64,000 nt of DNA, from the sequence record MN794232.1. One strand, given 5' to 3'. Position 1 is the stretch's first letter, and each line of letters starts with the position of its first letter. Positions 9,542-17,980 of this stretch are shown here, one piece after another. The notes beneath the pieces were generated by a model, which made no database searches, had not been told where the DNA came from, and saw only the letters and a program-made list of their open reading frames with translations. Both the position numbers and the translations under genes were made by a program.

Positions 9542-9961
9542 ATGCTATACATCAACTTGACTACTTGCATCGTTATCGACGAACATTCAGTAGCTGAACA
9601 GTGCCGCATTCGAGAGGGTCACAATGTTGAATCTCGATGGGATTGGGATTCACTTGAGCGAGTTACTGAAGTCTGTAATATGCTTGACCAAGATCTATAC
9701 ATGGTTACAGACGAAGGTTCTGGCTGCTCACCGCGCTTTGACATTATCAAAAAACCACGTGTAGGTGATTCAGTTAGCTATTGTTTCAATGGTGACAGTC
9801 GTCCCGACGGTGAAATCACTAAGATTTCAAAAACAATGAAAATGATCACGACATCAACTGGCAGCAAATACTATCGCCGTAAGTTGACTGGTCGATGGGT
9901 TCGGGGCGGCTGTTGGACGTTAGTACACGGTCATGTGTCTAAAATGAATGAGGAATTTTAA
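9542..9961 (+). CDS. Hypothetical early protein (start corrected to ATG 9542)
   Basis: The track's TTG start at 9470 is the promoter -35 box; ATG 9542 follows the conserved GAGAGA leader. Confidence 0.8.
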   Translation: MLYINLTTCIVIDEHSVAEQCRIREGHNVESRWDWDSLERVTEVCNMLDQDLYMVTDEGSGCSPRFDIIKKPRVGDSVSYCFNGDSRPDGEITKISKTMKMITTSTGSKYYRRKLTGRWVRGGCWTLVHGHVSKMNEEF

Positions 9962-10530
9962 TGTATTTCCCACGAGAGCGACGAGTTCCTGTCATGCAGC
10001 CAACGCCTTTAGCTGTTGGCAGTATGGTTCGAGTATACGTTGATCAAAAACAATATCTCGGTGCTAAATTTGTGTATCAAGGCGAGTGTGAAGAGTACAT
10101 TCTGTATGATTACATGAACACTGAGACTTTCATTGTCGAGAATGGTCTAATACGCTCAAACACAAGCGGATTATTGATCTCGCGCATCGAAGAGCAAGAA
10201 ACATGTCAAGAACTGTTTATGCACGACGGTGTCCTGTCATACAATACAGAAACATTTGAAACGAAGATGGAATATGTTCGTATCAAAGCGGGCGACAAGA
10301 TCAAAGTCTATATGAACTGTCAGTTCTCACCTAGACAAGAAGAAGCAACGGTTGTGTTCTGTAATGACGACTTTCTAACCGTTGTTTGCGACGGTATACC
10401 GTTTACATTTTCTCGTCGTGAAGTTATGTGCAAAAATATTGTTCATGTGTCTAACGACGGTATCAGAGAATCTTGCCGCATAAACGAAGACGTTTTTGTA
10501 GGTATCCCTAGTGAAGTATCAAAAAATTAA
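9961..10530 (+). CDS. Hypothetical protein
   Basis: 189 aa, TAATG coupling, RBS GAGG. Confidence 0.7.
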   Translation: MYFPRERRVPVMQPTPLAVGSMVRVYVDQKQYLGAKFVYQGECEEYILYDYMNTETFIVENGLIRSNTSGLLISRIEEQETCQELFMHDGVLSYNTETFETKMEYVRIKAGDKIKVYMNCQFSPRQEEATVVFCNDDFLTVVCDGIPFTFSRREVMCKNIVHVSNDGIRESCRINEDVFVGIPSEVSKN

Positions 10531-10987
10531 CGAATTTGATTTTGCAAACGGCGAAGGTGTTCGATTGAGCATCTTCGTTTCTGGTTGTGAGCATCGCTGT
10601 GCGGGCTGCTACAACGAATCGACGTGGGACTCGAACGATGGTATTGATTTTACCGAAGAAACGCTTAGAGACGTTCTGACGAGCTTAGAAAAGCACGATG
10701 GTTTGAGTCTCACGGGCGGGGATCCGTTATATCCGAGTAATCGCGAAGCGATTTTGCGTATTTGCAAAGCAGTGAAAGAACGCTATCCCGACAAAGACAT
10801 TTGGATGTGGAGCGGGTACAAGTTGTCTCATGTTTATCATTTAGAGATAATGAATTACATTGATGTTTTCATTGATGGACGCTACAAGAGACATCAACCA
10901 ACGCAGAAAGCGTGGCGCGGTTCTGACAATCAAATATTGTACGTTCGGGTAAATGATGAATTAGTTATTGACGAAGAGAGAAATTAA
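10511..10987 (+). CDS. nrdG: Anaerobic RNR activase (radical SAM)
   Basis: NGEGVRLSIFVSGCEHRCAGCYN, LSLTGGDPL, WRGSDNQ. Confidence 0.95.
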   Translation: MKYQKINEFDFANGEGVRLSIFVSGCEHRCAGCYNESTWDSNDGIDFTEETLRDVLTSLEKHDGLSLTGGDPLYPSNREAILRICKAVKERYPDKDIWMWSGYKLSHVYHLEIMNYIDVFIDGRYKRHQPTQKAWRGSDNQILYVRVNDELVIDEERN

Positions 10988-11511
10988 TGAGTTGTGTTTG
11001 GATTACAAGTGACTTGCATTTAGGTCACAGAAATATTGGTAAGTTTCGCGACGGGATTGAAGACACTCAAGCGAACACCGACTGGATTGTTGACTTCTGG
11101 CTGAAGAACGTTCGCAAGCGTGACACTGTGATCATGCTTGGCGATACTGCATTCACTGAAGAAGCTATTGGCATTCTTGCGGGTCTACCGGGTCGTAAAG
11201 TACAATATGGCGGAAATCACGACGACCTGCCTGTTTCAAGCTACATGCGTGCATTTGACGTAATCCGTGGTTGTGAGAAGTTCAAGAAGCTTGGATGGTT
11301 GAGTCATTTCCCTCTACACCCTGCTGAATTACGTGGTCATTTCAGCATTCATGGTCACGTGCATTACGAAACAATTGACGACTATCGTTATGTTAACGTT
11401 TGCTGTGACAATTTGCAACGTCACATTGGTCAACCGATGATCCGTCTTACCGATTTGCGGCAACTTCTTGACAAACGACGCGAGTCTAAAGAGGTCAGTT
11501 ACGACTTCTAG
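10987..11511 (+). CDS. Calcineurin-like metallophosphoesterase
   Basis: SDLHLGH, LGD, GNHD, SHFP, HGHVH. Confidence 0.85.
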   Translation: MSCVWITSDLHLGHRNIGKFRDGIEDTQANTDWIVDFWLKNVRKRDTVIMLGDTAFTEEAIGILAGLPGRKVQYGGNHDDLPVSSYMRAFDVIRGCEKFKKLGWLSHFPLHPAELRGHFSIHGHVHYETIDDYRYVNVCCDNLQRHIGQPMIRLTDLRQLLDKRRESKEVSYDF

Positions 11512-11534
11512 AACGTAGTCTATCTGCATGAACA

Positions 11535-11542
11535 TCTAAATA
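11535..11542 (+). promoter_or_regulatory. Late promoter candidate TCTAAATA inside an RBS-occluding hairpin
   Basis: Variant of the T4 late box TATAAATA; flanked by perfect 10-bp inverted repeat 11525-11534/11564-11573. Confidence 0.7.
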
Positions 11543-11575
11543 CTGGTATGGTATTAAAGATGGTGTTCATGCACT

Positions 11576-12421
11576 ATGATAGATGTTTTGTTAAGATATG
11601 ACGCAAGGATCATCAATAGCAGAAAGATAGTCATCTATACAGATGAAAATCGTCTCAGTCTTATTGTGAAACTCGCGAAAGAGCTTAACGGGACGTACAA
11701 GAAGTGCGATCCCGGTAGTTCAATTGGTTGTATACAGATGGAAAAATGCAGAGTATACGTCAAACCAACATCTAATCCTGGCATCGAGAATGAACGCAAT
11801 TTCTATACTATTGTAAAGCAACACATTGATTCTGGCTGTACGCGGATTAAAATTGGTGGGCGTCTTATAAAAGGTGTTCAGTCAATCGAAATGACTGGTC
11901 ACGACACGAAAAACAATAAGAAAGCCGATATGGTCTTGAAAACAGACAAAGGCGACTTTCCGATTTCAATCAAAAAATCAAATGCAGAACGTTGGGCGAG
12001 TACTGACGTTATTCACGGCACAGAAGCATGTAAGCTGTTAAATCGCATGGTAGACAAGAAAATCGTCACACTAACCGATTTCTCAGATGACGGAAAAGTA
12101 AAACGACTGAGCCAGCCCATTGCTAGACGACTTAGAGACGATGAGATTAATCACGTTGTATTCGGGTCTGATATTCTCGGGAAGGGTCTTGTTGTCGTCA
12201 ATAGCTTTACTCTAGATGATTTTGTATTCAAGCGCGGTACTTTACATATTAGCGGTGAAGTGCTTTTAGATTCGAGTGATGTAAAAGACACAATTTACCA
12301 CCCATATATGATGATTAGAAATGATGCATGTCGCCGCTCGAAGGCATTGCCTTATGGTGTACGTGTTGAAGTTGTATTCGAGTCAAGAATTACTAAAAAT
12401 ACGATTGTTTACGAGGAGTAG
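11576..12421 (+). CDS. Putative PD-(D/E)xK-fold endonuclease
   Basis: GIENE ... KKADMVL ... FPISIKK pattern (E, D, S-x-K). Confidence 0.5.
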   Translation: MIDVLLRYDARIINSRKIVIYTDENRLSLIVKLAKELNGTYKKCDPGSSIGCIQMEKCRVYVKPTSNPGIENERNFYTIVKQHIDSGCTRIKIGGRLIKGVQSIEMTGHDTKNNKKADMVLKTDKGDFPISIKKSNAERWASTDVIHGTEACKLLNRMVDKKIVTLTDFSDDGKVKRLSQPIARRLRDDEINHVVFGSDILGKGLVVVNSFTLDDFVFKRGTLHISGEVLLDSSDVKDTIYHPYMMIRNDACRRSKALPYGVRVEVVFESRITKNTIVYEE

Positions 12422-12424
12422 CTA

Positions 12425-13249
12425 ATGGCTATCAAAGATAAATTGGAAGAACTTATTGCGTCGGTTCACCAATGTACTACAAAAGACGGCGTAGTTGAAA
12501 TTGAAAAACTATATACGCAAAAGAAAAAAGAACTCGGTGCCAACATCACCCCGATGATGGATATTCGCGTTCGTGACGCAATTCGTGGTAAAATCACGAT
12601 GTTCGATAAAGAAAATGCTGCTGCTAAAGAAGAAGCTAGACGCAAAAAACAACAAGAAGAAGCTGAAGCAATTGCGGCTAAACTCGATGAGGGTCTTTTT
12701 GTTGTTTCAGAGAAAGAGTTCTTTGATCACGAAACCGTTGTGAATGAATGTGCGATTGATGCTGCGTGTATTATGGACGTAGACTCAAGCATCCCTTCTG
12801 TTGGTCATAAAGAACTGACTAAAACGCTTTCCGAGGCATGTGAGCATGTTGGTGCAGTAGGTAAAATATTTGTACCTGAGTCACAGAACAAAGTATTGTC
12901 GCTGCAAGAGCGCGTTGAACTATTTGAATCATTCTCAGACGTTGATGTTGCACCCAAAGGTGTGATGTTTGCTGAGGTTGAGAACATGATTCAGAAAGGC
13001 ATTACTCGTGTGTTTGCATTCGTAGAAGCGAATAAAGTCGCGGAGTACCGTCGTCTCGGTCGCCATTTCTTGCGTGTTGGTGGCACTCGCCTTGAGATTG
13101 TTGAAGTCAAGAACAAAGTACCATCTAGCACGATTGAAAATCTGATTCGTGAGGATAATCTCATTGAGTTTATGCGTAGTGTACCGATGCCATTAAACGA
13201 AGCCGAGAAGATCTTTGATCGTCAGCTTGAACAACTACTGGGGGCGTAA
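12425..13249 (+). CDS. Degenerate cytidyltransferase/nucleotidyltransferase-like protein
   Basis: C-terminal IPSVGHKEL and SSTIENLIREDNLIEFMRSVP resemble T4-like phage cytidyltransferase-family motifs, but eroded. Confidence 0.4.
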   Translation: MAIKDKLEELIASVHQCTTKDGVVEIEKLYTQKKKELGANITPMMDIRVRDAIRGKITMFDKENAAAKEEARRKKQQEEAEAIAAKLDEGLFVVSEKEFFDHETVVNECAIDAACIMDVDSSIPSVGHKELTKTLSEACEHVGAVGKIFVPESQNKVLSLQERVELFESFSDVDVAPKGVMFAEVENMIQKGITRVFAFVEANKVAEYRRLGRHFLRVGGTRLEIVEVKNKVPSSTIENLIREDNLIEFMRSVPMPLNEAEKIFDRQLEQLLGA

Positions 13250-13725
13250 TGAGTGTAGCTAAACGTGGCGCAGATGGGTTTTATGCTCTTCGCTTATCTC
13301 GTTTGCTTCATCTTCGTTTTGATCGTTGGGAAGCATATCGAATGGGGATCATCGACGCAGATGGTAAAAAACTGCGTGACCCTGTAACTGCTCAAGAAAA
13401 GAGTAACTGGACGTTATTTCACGTAACTGTGCGCAATATCAAGCGAATGGTTGGCGCATTGCCGGGTGGTAAGACAGCACTTGATTACGGCGCGTCATAT
13501 CTGTTGCTAATTGAACTTGCAAAAGAGTACGGTTTATCTGATCAATTTGCAGATGAGTGTATTCGAGTGGAAGAATCCGTTGTTGCGGGTGATTCGGGTG
13601 GTGATGTAGGCGCTATTGCTTCTGGTGAAACTACTGGTGCAGTTACAAGCGCAGGGCCCGAGACTCTTGGTGACAAGAAGAAAAAGAAAAAGAAGAAGCT
13701 GAAAAAGTTCAGACACTTCGACTAA
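13249..13725 (+). CDS. Conserved T4-like hypothetical (61.1-like position) with poly-Lys tail
   Basis: AYRMGIIDADGK...EKSNWTLFH motif; directly upstream of primase. Confidence 0.65.
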   Translation: MSVAKRGADGFYALRLSRLLHLRFDRWEAYRMGIIDADGKKLRDPVTAQEKSNWTLFHVTVRNIKRMVGALPGGKTALDYGASYLLLIELAKEYGLSDQFADECIRVEESVVAGDSGGDVGAIASGETTGAVTSAGPETLGDKKKKKKKKLKKFRHFD

Positions 13726-13732
13726 TTAAAAT

Positions 13733-13755
13733 GCCTCGTTTTCGGGGCTTTTTTT
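13733..13755 (+). terminator. Intrinsic terminator
   Basis: GCCTCG-TTTT-CGGGGC plus T7. Confidence 0.75.
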
Positions 13756-13756
13756 A

Positions 13757-13787
13757 TGTTTATCGTATCGTGATGCCGTGTAATAAT
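13757..13787 (+). promoter_or_regulatory. Class II promoter candidate for primase
   Basis: TGTTTATC then imperfect -10 (AATAAT 13782-13787) in the loop of CCGTGT/ACACGG. Confidence 0.5.
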
Positions 13788-13806
13788 AAGACACGGAGGT
13801 TATATT

Positions 13807-14865
13807 ATGCAGATTTTGATTGATATACAATATGCCAAAATGCTTCAGCATCGTTTGTTATTGCCAAAAGTGCATAGCAATCGACCATTCAAAATAAATG
13901 CTCGTTGCCCGATCTGCGGCGACTCAAAAAAGAACAAGTACAAAACTCGTTTCTGGATTAATGAAGTCAAGACGAAAAGCGGTGAACTTCACTTGCGCTG
14001 CTCTTGTTGGAACTGTGACTACAACGAATCGCTGTACACTTTTTTGAAAGATCACGAGCCCGCTCTATTTTCTCAATATCGAGTTGATCTTTTCAAAGAA
14101 CGCAACTCACGCGAACGCAAAGAACGCGAGCCTGAACCAGTCGTTGAAAAGAAAGAAGCGACGGTTATCGAGAAAGAACAAGAAGAACAGCTTTTTTACA
14201 ACATCACTGCACTGAAAGAAGGTCATGTGATGCACAAGTATCTTGAATCTCGTAAAATACCGAAAGACAAGTGGCATTTGCTTGGGTTTACTCGCGGTTG
14301 GACTACAATGGCGAAGACATTACGCCCCGACTTGTACGAAGGTGAGATCAAGAATGACCACCCGCGCCTTGTAATTCCGATTTACAACAAAGACGGTCTG
14401 GTTGCAGTTCAAGGTCGTGCGTTGACGAACAAACATGCTCAACGTTATATGACGATTAAAATCGACGATGATTTTGACAAAATCTATGGTACTGAGCGCA
14501 TCAACGAAGAAGATCCTGTAATTTTCGTTGAGGGCCCGATTGATAGTTTATTCCTATACAATTGCTGTGCTATAGTAGGCGGACAAGTCAGCCCAAACAA
14601 CGCACCATATGCTGGTAATCGCATATGGGCGCTTGATAACGAGTGTAGGCACCCTGACGTTATAAAGCGTATGCAGACTCTGATTAGAGCGGGTGAACGT
14701 GTTGTTATTTGGGATAAGCTCCCACCGCAAATCATTGGTAAGAAAGACATCAATGATTTCATCAAAGCTGGCGTATCTGCTGAGTTCATTCAGCAATACA
14801 TTTATGAAAATGCCGTTAGTGGTCTAATGGCTACAAATCGACTTAACAGATGGAAGAAAATTTAA
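13807..14865 (+). CDS. 61: DNA primase gp61
   Basis: RCPICGDS and CSCWNC zinc finger, RLVIPI, QGRAL, VEGPIDSLF, KDIND. Confidence 0.96.
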   Translation: MQILIDIQYAKMLQHRLLLPKVHSNRPFKINARCPICGDSKKNKYKTRFWINEVKTKSGELHLRCSCWNCDYNESLYTFLKDHEPALFSQYRVDLFKERNSRERKEREPEPVVEKKEATVIEKEQEEQLFYNITALKEGHVMHKYLESRKIPKDKWHLLGFTRGWTTMAKTLRPDLYEGEIKNDHPRLVIPIYNKDGLVAVQGRALTNKHAQRYMTIKIDDDFDKIYGTERINEEDPVIFVEGPIDSLFLYNCCAIVGGQVSPNNAPYAGNRIWALDNECRHPDVIKRMQTLIRAGERVVIWDKLPPQIIGKKDINDFIKAGVSAEFIQQYIYENAVSGLMATNRLNRWKKI

Positions 14866-15362
14866 TGAAGATTATTTACCTGGCGCACTACAAAGAAAAC
14901 AAAGAACTTGGTCTGGACGCAATTGAGCCAATCGGTGTTAAAGACCCAGATGACGCGGGTATTGATCTGCGTGCTGCAATTGAAGAATCAATCGAGTTAC
15001 AACCGGGTGATTCAGTCGTTATCCCGTCTGGTGTCAAGATTCACATTGGGTCGCACCCGCTTCACCAACAATACACTGATTTGGGTGTATACGGTGCAAT
15101 TGCACCGCGCAGTGGTCTTGGGTTCAAGCACTTCTTGCGTCTAGCAAACACAATCGGGATTATCGACGCTAATTATCAAGGCGAAATCATGATCAAAATT
15201 CGCAACGAAGGCGACGACGTACTGCATATTGAGCGCGGTGATCGTATCTGTCAATTGATTTTCCACACTTACGTGAAGAACGTTCAGTTTGAAGAAGTTG
15301 ATACTTTTGACGAAGAAACTGACCGTGGTGCTCGTGGGTTTGGTGGTAGCGGGGTGAAATAA
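14865..15362 (+). CDS. dut: Trimeric dUTPase
   Basis: AGIDLRA, APRSGLG, GIIDANYQGEI, RICQLI, RGARGFGGSG. Confidence 0.96.
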   Translation: MKIIYLAHYKENKELGLDAIEPIGVKDPDDAGIDLRAAIEESIELQPGDSVVIPSGVKIHIGSHPLHQQYTDLGVYGAIAPRSGLGFKHFLRLANTIGIIDANYQGEIMIKIRNEGDDVLHIERGDRICQLIFHTYVKNVQFEEVDTFDEETDRGARGFGGSGVK

Positions 15363-15598
15363 TGCATACACCTATTTCTAGAACTGGTGAGATTCTAGGG
15401 TCAATGCGTTCTGTGCTCATGGATGAGCGCATTGAAGCTGCTCTTCGCATGGATATTGCACGCGATCAAGAGCAAAAGGAAAAGATGTTGAATTCGAATC
15501 GAACGATGATTTCGGATATTGACAAGCAACAACGCAGAATCGAATCTAAGCTCGATTTACTACATACATTACTTGACGTGAAGAAGGAATTATCATGA
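15362..15598 (+). CDS. Hypothetical coiled-coil protein
   Basis: 78 aa, TAATG coupling. Confidence 0.65.
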   Translation: MHTPISRTGEILGSMRSVLMDERIEAALRMDIARDQEQKEKMLNSNRTMISDIDKQQRRIESKLDLLHTLLDVKKELS

Positions 15599-16287
15599 GT
15601 GATAAACCCGTCTATGACATTCTAATCGACTATGAGGGATTCGACGTGACTCCCGACGCAGCGGTTATCGAACTAGGTGCAGTTGAATTCGAGCACGATT
15701 TTACTAAAGTTCCCGATTATCAAGAGCTTGTGAAGAACTCGTTTCGCTGTAAGTTTGAGATTAAATCTCAAAAAGGCAAACGCAGCATCAATAAAGCGAC
15801 TGTGCAATGGTGGTCTGAGCAGTCGCAAGAAGCGAAAGAAATTCTAATCCCAAGCGCAGAAGACGTGACGGTTGAAGAAGGTCATAAGCTTTTTATCGAG
15901 TGGATTGAACAAAACACTCGTTACGACGGTCGTTCTCATTTCTACTGCCGTGGCAACAACTACGATATTCCGCTAATGGCTGACTGTTTCCGTTACAGCG
16001 GTTTGCGTCATGCGATCATCGAGCGATTCTGGAAATTTCGTGACGTTCGTACTCGTATTGAAGCATTGATGCTGCAACGCGACATGTGTAAAGTGCCGAT
16101 TCGACGTGATGCAATGCCAGGGTTTATTCACCACAACGGCGTTCACGACTGTGCTAAAGATGCAATGATGCTTATCATGGCAGCGCGTTACGCACTTGAC
16201 TTAGAAGATCTGCCCGAAAAAATGGAATGCCATGAAGTATCGGTTGACTTCACTGACGAAGAGAAAGAGGAACTTGGGCTACTATGA
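15595..16287 (+). CDS. dexA: Exonuclease A (DEDD)
   Basis: ILIDYE, ATVQWWSEQS, YCRGNNYDIP, RDVRTRIE, HNGVHDCAKD. Confidence 0.9.
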   Translation: MSDKPVYDILIDYEGFDVTPDAAVIELGAVEFEHDFTKVPDYQELVKNSFRCKFEIKSQKGKRSINKATVQWWSEQSQEAKEILIPSAEDVTVEEGHKLFIEWIEQNTRYDGRSHFYCRGNNYDIPLMADCFRYSGLRHAIIERFWKFRDVRTRIEALMLQRDMCKVPIRRDAMPGFIHHNGVHDCAKDAMMLIMAARYALDLEDLPEKMECHEVSVDFTDEEKEELGLL

Positions 16288-16445
16288 TGATTGCTGTACA
16301 TCTACTATCACAAGCCAAGCCAGTTGTTCATGAGCACGTAAAGAACGCTTACACCAAAGACGGTCTTTACTGCTTGATGATGAAAGACGGTATGGTTTAC
16401 AAATACCCACTGATCAATATTTTCCGAATTACAGAAAATATGTAA
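16284..16445 (+). CDS. Small hypothetical protein, 53 aa (missing from ORF track)
   Basis: Hand translation MMIAVHLLSQAKPVVHEHVKNAYTKDGLYCLMMKDGMVYKYPLINIFRITENM; ATGA overlap with dexA stop; fills the gap exactly. Confidence 0.65.
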   Translation: MMIAVHLLSQAKPVVHEHVKNAYTKDGLYCLMMKDGMVYKYPLINIFRITENM

Positions 16446-16452
16446 AAAGTGG

Positions 16453-16481
16453 TTGCGTTGTCGATGTGACTTGTGTAATAT
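16453..16481 (+). promoter_or_regulatory. Class I early promoter within a perfect 14-bp palindrome
   Basis: TTGCGT-17nt-TAATAT; arms 16456-16469/16484-16497. Confidence 0.8.
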
Positions 16482-16513
16482 ACTCACATCGACAACGAAA
16501 AGAGAATATTATT

Positions 16514-16651
16514 ATGACAACGAATCGCCTAGATTGGACAATTGAAAAGAAAGCTCAGTTCATCGCGACATACAAAGACGGGACTGTTTTAGTTGCTCGT
16601 ACTCGCGAAGAACTCAATTCGCAAATCAATGAATTTGAAAAGACGCTATGA
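16514..16651 (+). CDS. Small hypothetical protein (45 aa)
   Basis: ATG after AGAGAATATTATT leader. Confidence 0.65.
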   Translation: MTTNRLDWTIEKKAQFIATYKDGTVLVARTREELNSQINEFEKTL

Positions 16652-17046
16652 ACTTTCAATCGTTTATGTACAAATGGAAGAGATTTTCATTTGACTTTAA
16701 TAATTATGCGATTGAGAAGCAGCGTGGCTTAGTCGGGACTGTTGACTTTGTAATGAAGAAACACTTCACGCATCGAGTTTATGATAGATTCTGTGCTGCT
16801 GAATTTTCAACTCTGCGTAGAATGTTGTATCACACTGTGAACAAACACTTAGGTGAAGTTCTGTTTTGGTACTACAGCACCGATAAGCGTGAGCTGGCTA
16901 TCAAGCGTGATGATATTTTCATCATCATGCAACGTGGTATCACGGGTTGTATTTTGATCACTACTGTATATCGTAATGAACATAAGCAAAACTCTGATAA
17001 GTTCTTTTTGATTGACATAAGCAGAAAGCAAAATGAAGCAGATTAG
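16648..17046 (+). CDS. Hypothetical protein
   Basis: 132 aa, ATGA coupling. Confidence 0.7.
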   Translation: MNFQSFMYKWKRFSFDFNNYAIEKQRGLVGTVDFVMKKHFTHRVYDRFCAAEFSTLRRMLYHTVNKHLGEVLFWYYSTDKRELAIKRDDIFIIMQRGITGCILITTVYRNEHKQNSDKFFLIDISRKQNEAD

Positions 17047-17278
17047 ACTTGGTGACTTCATCGAGGTCACTGAAAGGCTTGACCAAGAGAGTTTTTTTGG
17101 TCAATTAATTGATATTGCACCGTGTATATGGGCACGTGGTGATTTTCTACGACTTGTCGATGACGCAGGTAATGAAGTTCAAGTGAACACTGTGAACATT
17201 GACATGATTAATGGCACTGTTGTGGGCGAAATCATTCGCAACGCCCATGGCTTTATGTATTGTGAGGAAAAGATTTGA
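17033..17278 (+). CDS. Hypothetical protein
   Basis: 81 aa, tiled in operon. Confidence 0.65.
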   Translation: MKQIRLGDFIEVTERLDQESFFGQLIDIAPCIWARGDFLRLVDDAGNEVQVNTVNIDMINGTVVGEIIRNAHGFMYCEEKI

Positions 17279-17721
17279 GCAAAGCATATATTTTTGTGAA
17301 TCGCTACTGTAAAGGGATTCAAGCTGGGATTCAAGGCGCACATGCGCTGCTACGACTTGCGCGTAAAGCAGAAAAGCCTATCTTTGACAAGTGGTTAAAC
17401 GAAGACGAAACAATTGTGATTCTGTCAGCGTCGGGTCACGATCATCTTGAAGAAATCGAAAAGACGATTCGTGAAATGAATGTTGTGGAAGACATCACGT
17501 TTTTTCAAGAAGAAGGTTTACATCACTCTCTAACGGGTGTAGCATTCATTGGTGACGACACGCTAATGAAAGTTCAAGGCGAAATGAAAGAATGGCGCGA
17601 ACTTCGTAAAATTGGCGAAGGTCCGAAGCGTCGAGACTTCGACTCAGATATGTTCTACAAGTACGGTCGAACATATGAACTTGCAAAATACTTAGAGGGG
17701 TTTCATTCTCATCATGGATAA
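17275..17721 (+). CDS. Putative peptidyl-tRNA hydrolase 2 (PTH2)-like protein
   Basis: AYIFVN..KGIQAGIQGAHA, ETIVIL, FQEEG..HSLTGVAFI resemble the PTH2 fold layout. Confidence 0.45.
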   Translation: MSKAYIFVNRYCKGIQAGIQGAHALLRLARKAEKPIFDKWLNEDETIVILSASGHDHLEEIEKTIREMNVVEDITFFQEEGLHHSLTGVAFIGDDTLMKVQGEMKEWRELRKIGEGPKRRDFDSDMFYKYGRTYELAKYLEGFHSHHG

Positions 17722-17944
17722 CTTAAATCTTAAATTGACTACTGCTTCTCGTTTTGAAGAATTGATGACGCGCCCTGGCGTCATCGTCAAGAACAGCTCT
17801 TCGGGTCCTGAATACATCACGACTGTTTACGATAAAGGCGAGTTAATTGCCGAACGTGTGCTGTACGTATCGCAAGCAGAGCATTTCGAGCTACAGCTTC
17901 CTGAAGCAGTAAAATCAGTTCGAAAGCCTAGTAAACTGCCGTAA
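17714..17944 (+). CDS. Hypothetical protein
   Basis: 76 aa, tiled in operon. Confidence 0.65.
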   Translation: MDNLNLKLTTASRFEELMTRPGVIVKNSSSGPEYITTVYDKGELIAERVLYVSQAEHFELQLPEAVKSVRKPSKLP

Positions 17945-17948
17945 AAAC

Positions 17949-17979
17949 TGTTTAACAACTAACTTTGTGAGTGTAATAT
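17949..17979 (+). promoter_or_regulatory. Class II promoter candidate (would serve td)
   Basis: TGTTTAAC, TTTAAC-17nt-TAATAT; the -10 abuts ATG 17981. Confidence 0.5.
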
Positions 17980-17980
17980 T

